In this document: in pieces, positions 32,291-43,005 of the stretch
Numbering within the stretch: the first letter of the stretch is position 1
Layout of the letters: each line of letters begins with the position of its first letter
Origin: an uncultured Actinomycetes bacterium
GTDB taxonomy: Bacteria > Actinomycetota > Thermoleophilia > UBA2241
Assembly: GCA_963725665.1 (NCBI GenBank)
Contig: CAVRZA010000006.1
Span: forward strand, 514,069-578,068
DNA length: 64,000 bases
Reading direction: 5' to 3'
Notes under the pieces: model-generated
The model's database searches: none
What the model saw: the letters and a program-made list of their open reading frames with translations, nothing else
Told to the model about the DNA's origin: nothing
Made by a program: the position numbers and the translations under genes

Positions 32291-33501
32291 ATGAGAGTCC
32301 TGCAGCTTGGAGTCGGTTCGGTGGGGGAGGTGACGGCCAGGATCGTCGCCGCCGAGCCGGCGGTCGACGCAGTCGTGCTGGCCGACCTCGACGAGACGCG
32401 TTGCGCCGAGGTGGGCGGGCTCATCGGCCCCAAGGCCTCGCCGCTGGTCCTCGACGCGAACGACGGCGACGCGCTGGCGCGCGCTCTGGCCGACGTCGAC
32501 CTGGTCATCAACGCGTTGATCCCGCGCTTCAACCTCGCGGTCATGGAGGCGTGCCTCGAGACAGGCACCCACTACCTCGACATGGCGGCCGGCGGACCGC
32601 GCGACGTCGTCGGCACGGCGGACGTCGACGAGGAGCTCGCCCTCGACGCACGCTTCCGCGACAAGGGGCTGGCGGCGCTGGTGTTCTTCGGCATCGACCC
32701 CGGGGCGAGCGACGTCTTCGCCCGCTACCTCTACGACGAGCTCGACACCGTCGAGTCGCTGACGGTGCTCGACGGCGACAACGGCGCCGTCGAGGGCTAC
32801 GACGTGGCCTGCGGCTTCTCGCCCGACACGATGATCGAGGAGTGCCTGCTGCCGCCGCAGAGCTTCACCGACGGGCGCCTGGTGCGGCACGAGCCCCTGA
32901 CGCGCACGTTCGAGTTCGACTTTCCCGTCGGCGGGACGCCTGCGCGTGTGGAACGTCGACCACGAGGAGTCGCAGCTCATGGCGCTGCACCTGGGCGACA
33001 AGGGGCTGCGGCACGCCGACTTCTTCATCGCCCTCGACCCCGGCTTCGTGGAGCTGCTGCGCAACCTGCGCAAGCTGGGCCTCGACAGCCCGCAGCCGAT
33101 CGAGTTCAAGGGGGCCACGTTCTCGCCGCGCGAGTTCGTGCTCTCGCGCCTGCCGCGGCCGGTCGACCTCAAGGGACACATCAGCGGCGAGGTGTGCGTC
33201 GGCACCTTGGCCATCGGGACGAAGGGCGGCCGCCGCATCGTCCGCTTCGCGTACAACGTGACCTCGCACGGCGACGCCTTCGCGCGCATGGGCGCGCAGG
33301 GCACCGGTTACCAGACCGGGGTGCCCGCCGCGGCGGCGGCCACGCTGCTGGCACAGGGAGCGATCTCCGAGCGCGGCGTGCTCGCGCCCGAGCGGCTCGA
33401 CCCGCACGACGTTCCTCGCCGAGATGACGCGGCTCGGGTGCCCCTGGCAGGTGACCGATCTCGACCCCCAGGCGGTCGAGCCGCTCCTGGCCGTCCTCTA
33501 A
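32291..33501 (+). CDS. Saccharopine dehydrogenase/carboxyspermidine dehydrogenase family (2 frameshifts)
   Basis: LGVGSVG, HYLDMA, GIDPG, VDHEE, YQTGVP and GVLAPERLDP motifs; frames change near 32930 and 33408. Confidence 0.8.
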
Positions 33502-33524
33502 GAGCAGCGGGAGGGGTGGACGCG

Positions 33525-35021
33525 ATGAGCACGCTGGAGCCAGCCGGCCGGCCGGCGCCGGCGCAGCAGGGCGGCCGGCCGGCCATCGAGCCACTGAAGG
33601 TCGCACGCCCCGTCAGGTTCCAGAACGACGACGAGCTCGACCGGCTTCGCGAGGCGACGCTGCACGTGCTCGAGCACGTCGGCGTCACGTTCCCCTCTCC
33701 CCGCGCCCTGGAGCTGCTGAGCGGCCACGGGGCGCGCGTCGACGACGCGCACGCAGGTCGTCAGGTTCCCGCCCGACCTGGTGCTGCGCGCGATGGCGAC
33801 GGCGCCGCGCTTCTACACGCTGGGAGCGCGCGACCCGGCCTGCGACCTGCGCTTCGCGAAGGGTGTCAGCTACCTCACCAACGACGGCTGCGGGCACCTC
33901 GTCCTCGACATCGGCAGCACGACCACCAGGCCCTCGACCAAGGACGACGTGGCGGCCGCGGCCCGCGTCTGCGACCACCTGTCGGCCGTCTCCTTTCTGT
34001 GGCCGATGGTCTCGGCCCAGGACCACGGCGCCACCGCCCCGCTGCACGAGATCGACGCCATGTGGAGCAACAGCGTCAAGCACGTGCAAGGGTTCGTGCA
34101 CGGGGCGGCGGCCGCGCGGCGCGCCGTCGAGATGGCCACGATCGTGGCCGGCGGCGAGACGGCGCGGCGCGCGCGGCCGCCGCTCTCGGCCATGGTGTGC
34201 ACGGTCTCCCCCCTCATGCAGGACCGCGAGGCGATCGAGGCGGCCCTGGAGTTCGCCGCCGCCGGCATCCCCGTCGGCTTCACGTCGATGCCTACCATGG
34301 GTACGACGGCACCGGCGACGATGGCCGGCCTGCTCGCCGTCGCCGACGCCGAGGTCGTGAGCGCGACCGTCCTCGTGCAGCTCGCGGCGCCCGGCGCGCC
34401 GGTCTTCCACTCCATCCTGCCGGCCACCTGCGACCCGCGCACGGGAGCCTACGTGCCCAAGCCGCTCAACCGTTACGGACGCCAGGCGGTCGTCGAGATC
34501 GCCCATCACTGGGGCGTGCCGTCACAAGTGGGCGCCTTCGGCACCGGCTCTCGCGAGCCGGGGACGTGGCAGGCGGCCGCCGAGAGCGGGCTCGACCTGT
34601 ACCTGGTGGCCCTCGCCGGCGCCGACATGATCGCCGGCATCGGCCTCCTCGACGGCTCCACCGTTCTCGCCCTCGACAGCCTGCTGCTCGACGCCGACCT
34701 CTATCACCGCACCCGCTACGCGCTGCAGCGCCTGCCGATCGACGACGAGACGCTGGCCCTCGACACCGTGACGCAGGTCGGACCCGGCGGTCACTACCTG
34801 GGGACCAAGCACACGCGACGCCACCTGCGCGACACCGTGGTGCCGGGCCTGCAGCACGAGACCGGTCCCGATGGGGAGTACCGCGACCCGCTCGCGGTGG
34901 CCCGCGAGCGGGTCGCCTGCGATCCTCGAGCACCACCATCCGGAGCCGCTGCCGGACGATCGGCGCGCCGGCTCTCGACGAGGTGCTCGCAGCCGCCGAC
35001 CGCGAGGCCGCCGGACAGTGA
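33525..35021 (+). CDS. Trimethylamine methyltransferase (MttB) superfamily, non-pyrrolysine (frameshifts near 33750, 34920 and 34970)
   Basis: ATLHVLEHVGVTF, KHVQ, VSPL, MGTTAPATMAG, GADMIAGIGLLD, IDDETLALD...VGPGGHYLGTKHT. Confidence 0.85.
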   Translation: MSTLEPAGRPAPAQQGGRPAIEPLKVARPVRFQNDDELDRLREATLHVLEHVGVTFPSPRALELLSGHGARVDDAHAGRQVPARPGAARDGDGAALLHAGSARPGLRPALREGCQLPHQRRLRAPRPRHRQHDHQALDQGRRGGRGPRLRPPVGRLLSVADGLGPGPRRHRPAARDRRHVEQQRQARARVRARGGGRAARRRDGHDRGRRRDGAARAAAALGHGVHGLPPHAGPRGDRGGPGVRRRRHPRRLHVDAYHGYDGTGDDGRPARRRRRRGRERDRPRAARGARRAGLPLHPAGHLRPAHGSLRAQAAQPLRTPGGRRDRPSLGRAVTSGRLRHRLSRAGDVAGGRRERARPVPGGPRRRRHDRRHRPPRRLHRSRPRQPAARRRPLSPHPLRAAAPADRRRDAGPRHRDAGRTRRSLPGDQAHATPPARHRGAGPAARDRSRWGVPRPARGGPRAGRLRSSSTTIRSRCRTIGAPALDEVLAAADREAAGQ

Positions 35022-35193
35022 CGACAGCGGGGCGCCGCCGTCGCAAGCGACGCGGCGCCGCCGTCTCGAGCGACGCGGCGCCCCCGGGTCGCCTCCGTGT
35101 CGTTGCCGTCGCCGCGGGCGCATCGGTAGACTGCCGCTAGTCGCGGAGCTCCTTCTTCGACTGCGCACACTGACCGCTGCCCGAGGAGGCCCC

Positions 35194-36508
35194 ATGAAGG
35201 TGCTCGTCGTCGGTGGTGGAGGGCGTGAGCACGCGCTCGTCCACGCCTTCGCCTCGTCGAACCTGGCCACCCAGCTCTACTGCGCGCCGGGCAACGCCGG
35301 CATCGCGCAGGAGGCGGAGTGCGTGCCGATCGGGGGAGAGGACATCGAAGCGCTGCTCGCCTTCGCGCGCGGCGAGCGCATCGACCTGACGGTCGTGGGA
35401 CCCGAGGCGCCGCTCGTCGCCGGCGTCGCAGACGCCTTCGAGGACAACGGCCTGGCCGTCTTCGGCCCTTCGCGGGCGGCCGCGCAGCTCGAGGGGAGCA
35501 AGCTCTTCGCCAAGCAGATCATGGCCGACGCGGGGGCGCCGACCGGCGGCTACGCGCGCTTCACCGACCACCGGTCGGCGCTCGACCACCTCGCCGGCGC
35601 CTCCTACCCGCTCGTGGTGAAGGCCGACGGCCTCGCGGCCGGCAAGGGGGTCACGGTGGCGCAGACGCGCGACGAGGCCCAGGCGGCAGTCGAGGAGGCC
35701 CTCGTCGCGCGTCGCTTCGGCCTGGCCGGCGAGGTGATCCTCATCGAGGAGTTCCTGGCGGGACCCGAGGTCTCGCTGCTGGCCCTCTGCGACGGCACCA
35801 CCGTCGTGCCCATGGCTCCCGCGCAGGACTACAAGCGCATCTTCGCCGGCGACCAGGGACCAAACACCGGCGGCATGGGCAGCTACTGTCCCGTACCGGG
35901 CTTCTCCTCCGACACCGCCGACATGATCGTCGAGGAGATCTTCCAGCCCGTGCTCGCGGCGCTCGTCAAGCGCGGCATCTGGTACCGCGGGGTGCTCTAC
36001 GGCGGCCTCATCGTCACCGACGCCGGCACGAAGATCCTCGAGTTCAACGTGCGCTTCGGCGACCCCGAGACGCAGGCCATCCTGCCGCGCCTCGACTCCG
36101 ACCTGCTCGAGCGCGTGCCTGGCCACGGCGAGGGGCGAGCTTCGCGGAGCGAAGCTCGCCTGGAAGCCCGACGCCTGCGTCTCGGTCGTCATGGCCTCCA
36201 AGGGCTACCCCGCGTCGAGCTCGAAGGGCGACGTCATCAGCGGCCTCGACGCGGCCGCCGGCATGGACGGCGTGGCCGTCTACCACGCCGGCACGGCGTT
36301 CGAGGACGGTCACACCGTCACGGCCGGCGGCCGCGTCCTCGCCGTGAGCGCGCTCGGCGAGTCGTTCGCCGCCGCCCGCGACCTGGCCTACGACGGGGTG
36401 AAGAAGATCTCGTTCCCGGGCATGCAGTGGCGGCCCGACATCGCCGAGCGCGCCGTCACGGCGGAGCAGGGCGAGCTGGAGCTCTTCCCGCCCGGCGTGC
36501 TCGCCTGA
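35194..36508 (+). CDS. purD: Phosphoribosylamine-glycine ligase (frameshift near 36117)
   Basis: [35 protein letters not shown] and RFGDPETQ; C-terminus ASKGYP...HAGT...TAGGRVL. Confidence 0.95.
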
Positions 36509-36619
36509 GACACCGCGAGCGCGACGACAGCAGTAGGATGACAACCTAGCGGCAAGACGGCCCCGCGGCGCCCTCTTGCCCTGCTCGATCTACGCCGGCA
36601 CGGGAGCGAAGGAGGGGCG

Positions 36620-37069
36620 GTGGAGCGCACGATGTCCGAAGTCGAGGCCATGCTGCAGGGCATCGAGATGTCACCCAAGCTGGTGGCCATCATCATGGGC
36701 AGCGAGTCCGACCGCGAGGTCATGGAGGCGGCCGCCCGCGAGCTCGACGAGCGCAAGATCTCCTACGAGCTGCACGTGATGTCGGCCCACCGCGACCCCG
36801 ACAAGGTCGCCCAGTTCGCCAAGCAGGCGCAGGCGAGGGGCTTCAAGGTCGTCATCGCGGGGGCGGGCAAGGCGGCCGCGCTGCCGGGCGTGATCGCCAG
36901 CCACACGAACCTGCCGGTGATCGGCGTGCCGATCAAGACGAGCGACCTCGGCGGTCTCGACTCGCTGCTCTCGATCGTGCAGATGCCTCCCGGCGTGCCC
37001 GTCGCCTGCGTGGCCATCAACGGAGCGCGCAACGCCGCCATCCTGGCGGCGAAGATCCTCAACGTGTGA
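36620..37069 (+). CDS. purE: N5-CAIR mutase
   Basis: [25 protein letters not shown] and [12 protein letters not shown] motifs. Confidence 0.96.
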   Translation: MERTMSEVEAMLQGIEMSPKLVAIIMGSESDREVMEAAARELDERKISYELHVMSAHRDPDKVAQFAKQAQARGFKVVIAGAGKAAALPGVIASHTNLPVIGVPIKTSDLGGLDSLLSIVQMPPGVPVACVAINGARNAAILAAKILNV

Positions 37070-37181
37070 CGCCAACGCGCCCGGAGGCGCGTCGAAGCGG
37101 TACAGTGAGAACTCCATATCCCGTGCTCGAGTACTTCCTCTGACGATCCTCGCAACCGCAGCACGACCCCAGGAGGTCGCA

Positions 37182-37556
37182 GTGAGAACTTACACAGCCC
37201 CCGACGCCGCCGCCCCCGTCGGCCCCTACTCGCCCGCCGTCGAGGCCGGCGGCTTCGTCTTCGTCTCGGGTCAGATAGCTCTCGACGCCGCGGGGCAGAT
37301 GGTCGGCTACACCGCCCCCGACCAGGCGCGGCGGGCGCTCGACAACCTCAGACGCCTGCTCGCCGTAGCGAGCCTCGACCTTTCGGCCGTCGTCAAGACG
37401 ACCATCTTCCTCACCGACCTGGCCGATTTCGCCGCCGTGAACGAGGTCTACGCGGACTACTTCTCGGAGCCGTTCCCGGCACGCTCGACGATCCAGGTCG
37501 CCGCCCTGCCCAAGGGGGCCAAGGTCGAGATCGAGGCCATCGCGACGCGCACATGA
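37182..37556 (+). CDS. RidA/YjgF family reactive intermediate deaminase
   Basis: PVGPYSPAV, FVSGQI, VVKTTIFL and PARSTIQVAALPKGAKVEIEAIA motifs. Confidence 0.92.
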   Translation: MRTYTAPDAAAPVGPYSPAVEAGGFVFVSGQIALDAAGQMVGYTAPDQARRALDNLRRLLAVASLDLSAVVKTTIFLTDLADFAAVNEVYADYFSEPFPARSTIQVAALPKGAKVEIEAIATRT

Positions 37557-37575
37557 GGGCCGCGACGACAAGAGC

Positions 37576-38290
37576 ATGACGCGTCGCCGCCTCTACTTCT
37601 TCCTCTGGATCGCCGCCGGCGTCGCGGCGGCGATCGCCGTCACGGTGATGGTGCGCAACGAGATCGCCATCCTGCACGGCCCCAGCGGCGACTTCGCAGG
37701 CTACTGGCTCAACGACCAAAGCCGTCCCGCGCAGCGCGTGTGGTCGATCGAGACCGAGGACGGCGAGTACACCATCGGCGGCTTGCGCATGGGAGGCCAC
37801 GTGGCAGGACCGGCGACGTTGGAGGGCGCCGAGCTCGTGGTCAAGGACAGCACGACGGGATCGCGGTGGGAAGCCAGGCTGCAGCTCGAGCAGGACGGCG
37901 AACGCATCGCGGTGCGCGTCTCGCGCAACGGCAAGGTCGTGCGCCGGCTCACGCTGCGCAAGCTCCCGACACCGTCGACGCCCAACGTCGACTGGAGCGC
38001 GTTTCCCAGCGGCTTCGCAGCGCGCACCATCGAAGAGGGGATCAGGGCCCTCGAGCTCGGCATCGAGGCCTACCGCATCGACAGAGGGAGCTACCCGCCG
38101 GTCGTCGCCGTGCGCCCCGGCGGCACGCTGCGCGAGTTCGTCGACGGCTGGCCGGTCAACCCGATGACGGACAACCTCATGAAGCCCGGCGCGACTGCCC
38201 GGCGACTACCTCTACACCCAGGGAGAGACCGGGCAGAGCTACACGCTCGCCGGCCTGCTGCCCGACGGCACCCAGTTCGTCGTGCCCTGA
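37576..38290 (+). CDS. Membrane-anchored protein with GspG/pilin-like C-terminal domain (frameshift near 38197)
   Basis: N-terminal TM segment; EEGIRALELGIEAYRIDRGSYPP...WPVNPMT...GDYLYTQ...SYTLAG. Confidence 0.55.
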
Positions 38291-38297
38291 GGCGAGG

Positions 38298-39624
38298 TTG
38301 AGCGCCGGCGGCGGGTGGGATGAGGAAGCGGCGCCGGGCGGCGATGCCAACCGCCGCCGCTTCCTCATCCTCGGCGTGCGTCTGGATCGCCTACCTCATG
38401 GTCTACACGGCGCGTCTCAGCGTCGGTCCGCTCTCGCCGTTCCTCAAGGACGCCTTCGACCTCTCCAACGCCCAGGTCGGCATGCTCATCAGCGCCACGG
38501 CGATCACCTACGCGCCCAGCCTCATCGTCGCCGGCTGGCTCGTCGACCGCGTCGGCGTGCGGCGCATGCTCGTGAGCGGCACGCTCATCGCGCCGGCTCG
38601 GTCTCTCTGCTCTTCTTCGCCACAGTCGTACGCGTCGCTGCTGGTGCTGCTGGCGTTGTCGAGCATCGGCGCCGGCTGCATCTTCCCCTCCGCCGTGAGC
38701 GCCGTGATGCGCTGGTTCCCGCTCCGCGAGCGAGCCACGGCGATCGGCGTGAACCAGACGGCCATCAACGTGAGCGGCATCCTCGGAGCGGTCACGCTGC
38801 CCACGATCGCCGGTCACCTCGGCTGGCAGTACGGCTTCCTCGCCATCGCGCTCATGGGCCTCGTCGTCGCGGTGGTCTGCATCGTCGGCTACAGCGACCC
38901 GCCCGGGCGTGGGGTCGGCGCAGCAGGCGCCGGGAAGCCGGGGCGGAGGCCGCCGGCGTGCCGCGCGGAAGGGCGGCCGGATACACCGCCTCGCCCCTCG
39001 ACCCGGCGCCTGCTCGCCTCGCGCGACGTCTGGCTGCTCGGCCTGTTCGGCCTCTTCCTCGGCGCCGTCGAGTACTCGACGCTCGCCCACCTCGTGCTCT
39101 ACACGAAGGTGCAGTACCTGTTCGGCGCCGTGACGCGCCGGCCTGCTGCTCGCCCTCTGCCAGGCCTCGGGCGCCGTCGGCAAGCCGCTCGCCGGCTTCG
39201 TGAGCGACCGCCTCTTCGACGGCCTGCGCCGCCCGGCTCTGCTGGCCATGGCCGCCCTGACGCTGGCCGTCTGCCTCGTGTTGGCCTTCGCCGGCGGCCA
39301 CCTGGGGTGGGGCGATCTACCTGGCCGTGGCGGCTCTCGGCTTCGGGGCCGTCGGCTGGGGTGGTGTCTTCGGCACGGCCGCCGGCGAGATCGGCGGCCC
39401 TGCCGGCGCCGGCCGCGTCGCGGGGTTGACGGCGGCCGGCGTCAACGTGGGCATCATCTTCGGTCCGCCGCTGTTCGGCTACGCCGTCGACGCCTCGGGC
39501 TCCTACCTTCCCTCGTGGCTCCTGATGGCCGCTCAGCGCAGCGCTCGCCATGGCCTTCCTGGCCTTCTGGCGCGAGCCCCACGTGACGCGGGCCGAGCTC
39601 GTGCCGGCGCTGGTCGACGCCTGA
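38298..39624 (+). CDS. MFS transporter (several frameshifts)
   Basis: GWLVDRVGVRR, WFPLRERATAIG, SDRLF and GIIFGPPLFGYAVD spread across frames. Confidence 0.8.
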
Positions 39625-39839
39625 CGCCGCGCATCCCGCCCCTCTACCCGTCGCAGCGAGGCGCCGATGGTCCGCGTCTGCTCGCTCCTGTGAGAGAATC
39701 GCGGTCAAGGCGTGCCGTCCGCGGCGCGCGGCGAGTCCGCGATGTGCAGCACAGGTCGCGCGCGGGCGCACGCGCGCGGCCCGCGGCCGGCGTGGCCGGA
39801 GCGGCACGCCGTCACACGGCGAGGAGGAGGGAGGCAGCC

Positions 39840-41141
39840 ATGATCGAGCGCTACACCCTGCCCGAGATGGGCGCCCTCTGGACCGACGAGGCGCGCATGC
39901 GCGCCTGGCTCGCCGTCGAGATCGCCGCCGTGCGCGCCTGGTCCACGCTGGGCAAGGTACCGCCCGAAGCCGTGACCGAGATCGAGGCGAAGGCCGACTT
40001 CGACCCCGCGCGCGTGGCCGAGATCGAGAAGACGACCGACCACGACGTCATCGCCTTCTTGACCAACGTCGCCGAGTACGTGGGCCCGGCCTCGAAGTAC
40101 GTCCACTACGGCATGACCTCCTCGGACATGCTCGACACCGGGCTCGCGCTGCAGCTGCGCGACTCCGGCGCGCTGCTGCAGCGCGACCTCGTCGCTCTGG
40201 GCGAGGTCCTCAAGCGGCGCGCCTTTGAGTTCCGCGACACGGTGCAGGTGGGACGCACACACGGCGTGCACGCCGAACCCATCACGTTCGGCATGAAGCT
40301 CGGCATCTGGGCGTTCGAGGTGGCACGCCACCTCGAACGCCTCAAGCGGGCGACGGCCGACGTCGCCGTGGGCAAGATCAGCGGCGCCGTCGGCGCCTAC
40401 AACAACATCGACCCACGCGTCGAAGAGCTCGTTTGCGCGGAGATCGGCCTGACCCCCGAGCCGATCTCGAGCCAGGTCGTGCAGCGCGACCGCCACGCCG
40501 CCTTTCTCACGACCCTCGCCCTTGTCGGCAGCTCGATCGAGAAGTTCGCCGTCGAGATCCGGCACCTGCAGCGCACCGAGGTGCGCGAGGCCGAGGAGGC
40601 CTTCAAGAAGGGCCAGAAGGGCTCCTCAGCCATGCCGCACAAGCGCAACCCCATCCTCTCCGAGCGCATGGCGGGCTGCGCGCGCGTGCTGCGCGGCAAC
40701 GCGCTCGTCGGCATGGAGAACGTCGCCCTCTGGCACGAGCGCGATATCTCGCACTCGAGCGCCGAGCGCATCGTGCTGCCCGATTCCTGCATCTTGCTCG
40801 ACTACATGCTGCAGAAGTCGACCAAGCTCATCGACACGCTCGTGGTGAGCCCGGAACGCATGCTCGCCAACCTCGATCTCTCACACCGTCTCGTCTTCAG
40901 CGAGCGCGCGCTCCTGGCGCTCATCGACAAGGGGATGCTGCGCGAGGACGCCTACCGCGTGGTGCAGGAGAGCGCCATGAGGGCCTGGCAGGAGGACCTC
41001 GACTTCGGCGCGCTGCTCAAGCAGAACGAGGCCGCGCGCGCCGTCATGAGCGAGGACGAGATCGACCTCGCCCTCGACCCCTCGCGGAACACCGGCGGGC
41101 ACGACGTCATCTTCGCCCGTCTCGAGCGGCTTTCGTTCTAG
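39840..41141 (+). CDS. purB: Adenylosuccinate lyase
   Basis: MIERYT, HYGMTSSD, GRTHGVHAEP, GSSAMPHKRNP and ERDISHSS motifs. Confidence 0.98.
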   Translation: MIERYTLPEMGALWTDEARMRAWLAVEIAAVRAWSTLGKVPPEAVTEIEAKADFDPARVAEIEKTTDHDVIAFLTNVAEYVGPASKYVHYGMTSSDMLDTGLALQLRDSGALLQRDLVALGEVLKRRAFEFRDTVQVGRTHGVHAEPITFGMKLGIWAFEVARHLERLKRATADVAVGKISGAVGAYNNIDPRVEELVCAEIGLTPEPISSQVVQRDRHAAFLTTLALVGSSIEKFAVEIRHLQRTEVREAEEAFKKGQKGSSAMPHKRNPILSERMAGCARVLRGNALVGMENVALWHERDISHSSAERIVLPDSCILLDYMLQKSTKLIDTLVVSPERMLANLDLSHRLVFSERALLALIDKGMLREDAYRVVQESAMRAWQEDLDFGALLKQNEAARAVMSEDEIDLALDPSRNTGGHDVIFARLERLSF

Positions 41142-41232
41142 CCGGCGGCAAGAGCGAAGCTCTCCAGTCGCGGCTCCATCGCGCCGATAAGCTCTTCGAG
41201 AGCCCCGTCCGGGGCGGGCGCTGGGAGGTCCG

Positions 41233-41952
41233 ATGGCATTCTGCGAGAGCTGCAACGCCGAGGTGCGCGACGACGCGTGGGTGTGCGGTCGCTGCGGCGC
41301 ACCGATGAAAATGGAGCAGCAGGCCATCGCCGCCTCGGACACCACGAACCCGTACGTCTTCTCAGAGCAGGCGCAAGCGGAGCCTCAGTACCAGCCGCAG
41401 CCCTCAGCGACTGTCCGTACCACGACCGGACCCTCAGCGAATGCCGGGACCAAGACCTCGGGGCTCAGTGGACTGACTCTCTGGGTCATTGTGGCAGCAG
41501 TCGTCGTGATCGCCGGTCTGGCCCTCTGGTTCCTTCTCTTCAACAACGGCGACGCAAAGAAGTTCGTCGGCACCTGGACGCCTGTGACCAGCGTTAGCGG
41601 CACCAGCGCGGGACTCGTCGCCGACGGCGGCCGCCTCGTCGTCTCGCGAGCGGACGGCAAGCTCACCGTCACCGCCATCGACGGCAAGGGCCAGAGCATC
41701 GGCCCGCTCAAGGCCGCCTTGAAGCGCGGCAAGCTCGAGTTCGGTCTCGAGTACGCGGGGGCCGACCAGCAGGAACAGCTCAAGACCCAGCTCGTGAAGG
41801 CTTTCATGGGAATGCTCGTGAAGGACTTCCACGCCACGATCAGCGCCGGGCCCGCCGGCACCGTCTACATCAGCTACTCCGGCAAGACCACGAACGACTC
41901 CCTCAAGAGCGCGACGAACGCCGTCCAGTTGCGCCGCGTCTCGGCACACTGA
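41233..41952 (+). CDS. Zinc-ribbon domain membrane protein
   Basis: FCESC...CGRCG, Pro/Thr-rich linker, TM helix, then an extracytoplasmic domain. Confidence 0.75.
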   Translation: MAFCESCNAEVRDDAWVCGRCGAPMKMEQQAIAASDTTNPYVFSEQAQAEPQYQPQPSATVRTTTGPSANAGTKTSGLSGLTLWVIVAAVVVIAGLALWFLLFNNGDAKKFVGTWTPVTSVSGTSAGLVADGGRLVVSRADGKLTVTAIDGKGQSIGPLKAALKRGKLEFGLEYAGADQQEQLKTQLVKAFMGMLVKDFHATISAGPAGTVYISYSGKTTNDSLKSATNAVQLRRVSAH

Positions 41953-42033
41953 CCACCCGATCCAGCCGTCGCCGACACTGGTTACACCACCCCCGAGGGA
42001 GTATTGTTGACGTAGCGAGCCAAGGGGGTGGCA

Positions 42034-42237
42034 ATGCCACGTCAGGTCTTCTGCTCCGAGTGCCACGAGGACTTTCGCGCGTCCTCGATCTTCGTTCACC
42101 GGCCCCTCCTCACGCATTGCCCCTACTGCGGAGCGTCGCTCGAGCCCGCGACGGGGAGTGTCGCCGACCACGTTCTCCTCGACCCCGGCCACGACCCCTC
42201 GCCGGCCAGTCCCCCGCCGATCCATCGCGCCGCCTGA
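42034..42237 (+). CDS. Small zinc-ribbon protein
   Basis: CSEC...CPYCG; AAGGGGGTG RBS. Confidence 0.6.
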   Translation: MPRQVFCSECHEDFRASSIFVHRPLLTHCPYCGASLEPATGSVADHVLLDPGHDPSPASPPPIHRAA

Positions 42238-42395
42238 CAGCGCGCCGGCGCGCGCCGAAGGGGTCTGCAGAGGCACAACGACGGCGCGCTCCCCGAGGAG
42301 TAGAGTGTAGGGGGACCACATGAGCGCGCCGGGGGCTGCCCGCGGGCTGCCCCGGCGCAGCTCCTCCGTGGGAGCTACGAACGGAGCATCTCGAG

Positions 42396-42911
42396 ATGCC
42401 CGCAGACGACAGTCACAGACCCAGCCTTCTGGCGCCGTGGCTTCGCCACCCGGCGCGGGCCGTGCCGCCGCGCGCCCGCAGCCTGCTCAGGAGGGCCTCG
42501 ATCCTCGGACAGATCGGCGCCGCGGCAGGCGCTCTGTCGGCGTTCTGGCTCGATGCCTCGAGCGCTCAGTACCACGGCGGGACGGCGGACGTCACGGGCT
42601 GGGGCATGGGTATCTTCATCCTCGCCGCCCTGCCCCTCTGGCTCGCGGCGCGCAATATCGACAGCCACCCGCGGCTGGTGTCGATCCTGCTCGTAGTCTG
42701 TGGCGTCTGGCTCGCGGCGCCGTCACTCTGGGGGCTCCTCGATCCGGCGCTGTTCGTTGCTCCCGAGTACATGGTCGAGCCCACCAGCGCGCCCGAGGGC
42801 ATCCAGATGATCTGCTCGCTCGTTCTCATCTCGGGGGCGCTGCTGCTGATCGCCGCGTACTTCGGCTTCAGAGCCCACTCCCTGTTGTCCAGCAGAGAGT
42901 CCCAGGCCTAG
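42396..42911 (+). CDS. Hypothetical 4-TM membrane protein
   Basis: Four hydrophobic segments and coding-like GC3. Confidence 0.6.
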   Translation: MPADDSHRPSLLAPWLRHPARAVPPRARSLLRRASILGQIGAAAGALSAFWLDASSAQYHGGTADVTGWGMGIFILAALPLWLAARNIDSHPRLVSILLVVCGVWLAAPSLWGLLDPALFVAPEYMVEPTSAPEGIQMICSLVLISGALLLIAAYFGFRAHSLLSSRESQA

Positions 42912-43005
42912 GCGACCGCGTGAGCGGGCAGACTCGGACAGGGCCGACGACCGGTCACCTCGCCGCCTGCCCAAACGGAAGGCGCGCTGCGAAAGGAGAG
43001 ACGCG

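Noticed and set aside
33525-35021. Pyrrolysine-containing MttB
   Set aside because: There is no in-frame TAG at the Pyl-equivalent position; the interruptions are indels.
33781-36549. 922-aa MttB-PurD fusion and the 691-aa dehydrogenase read-through ORF
   Set aside because: Both are artefacts of frameshifts. purD has its own GAGGAGG RBS and ATG at 35194, and the MttB gene has its own RBS and ATG at 33525.
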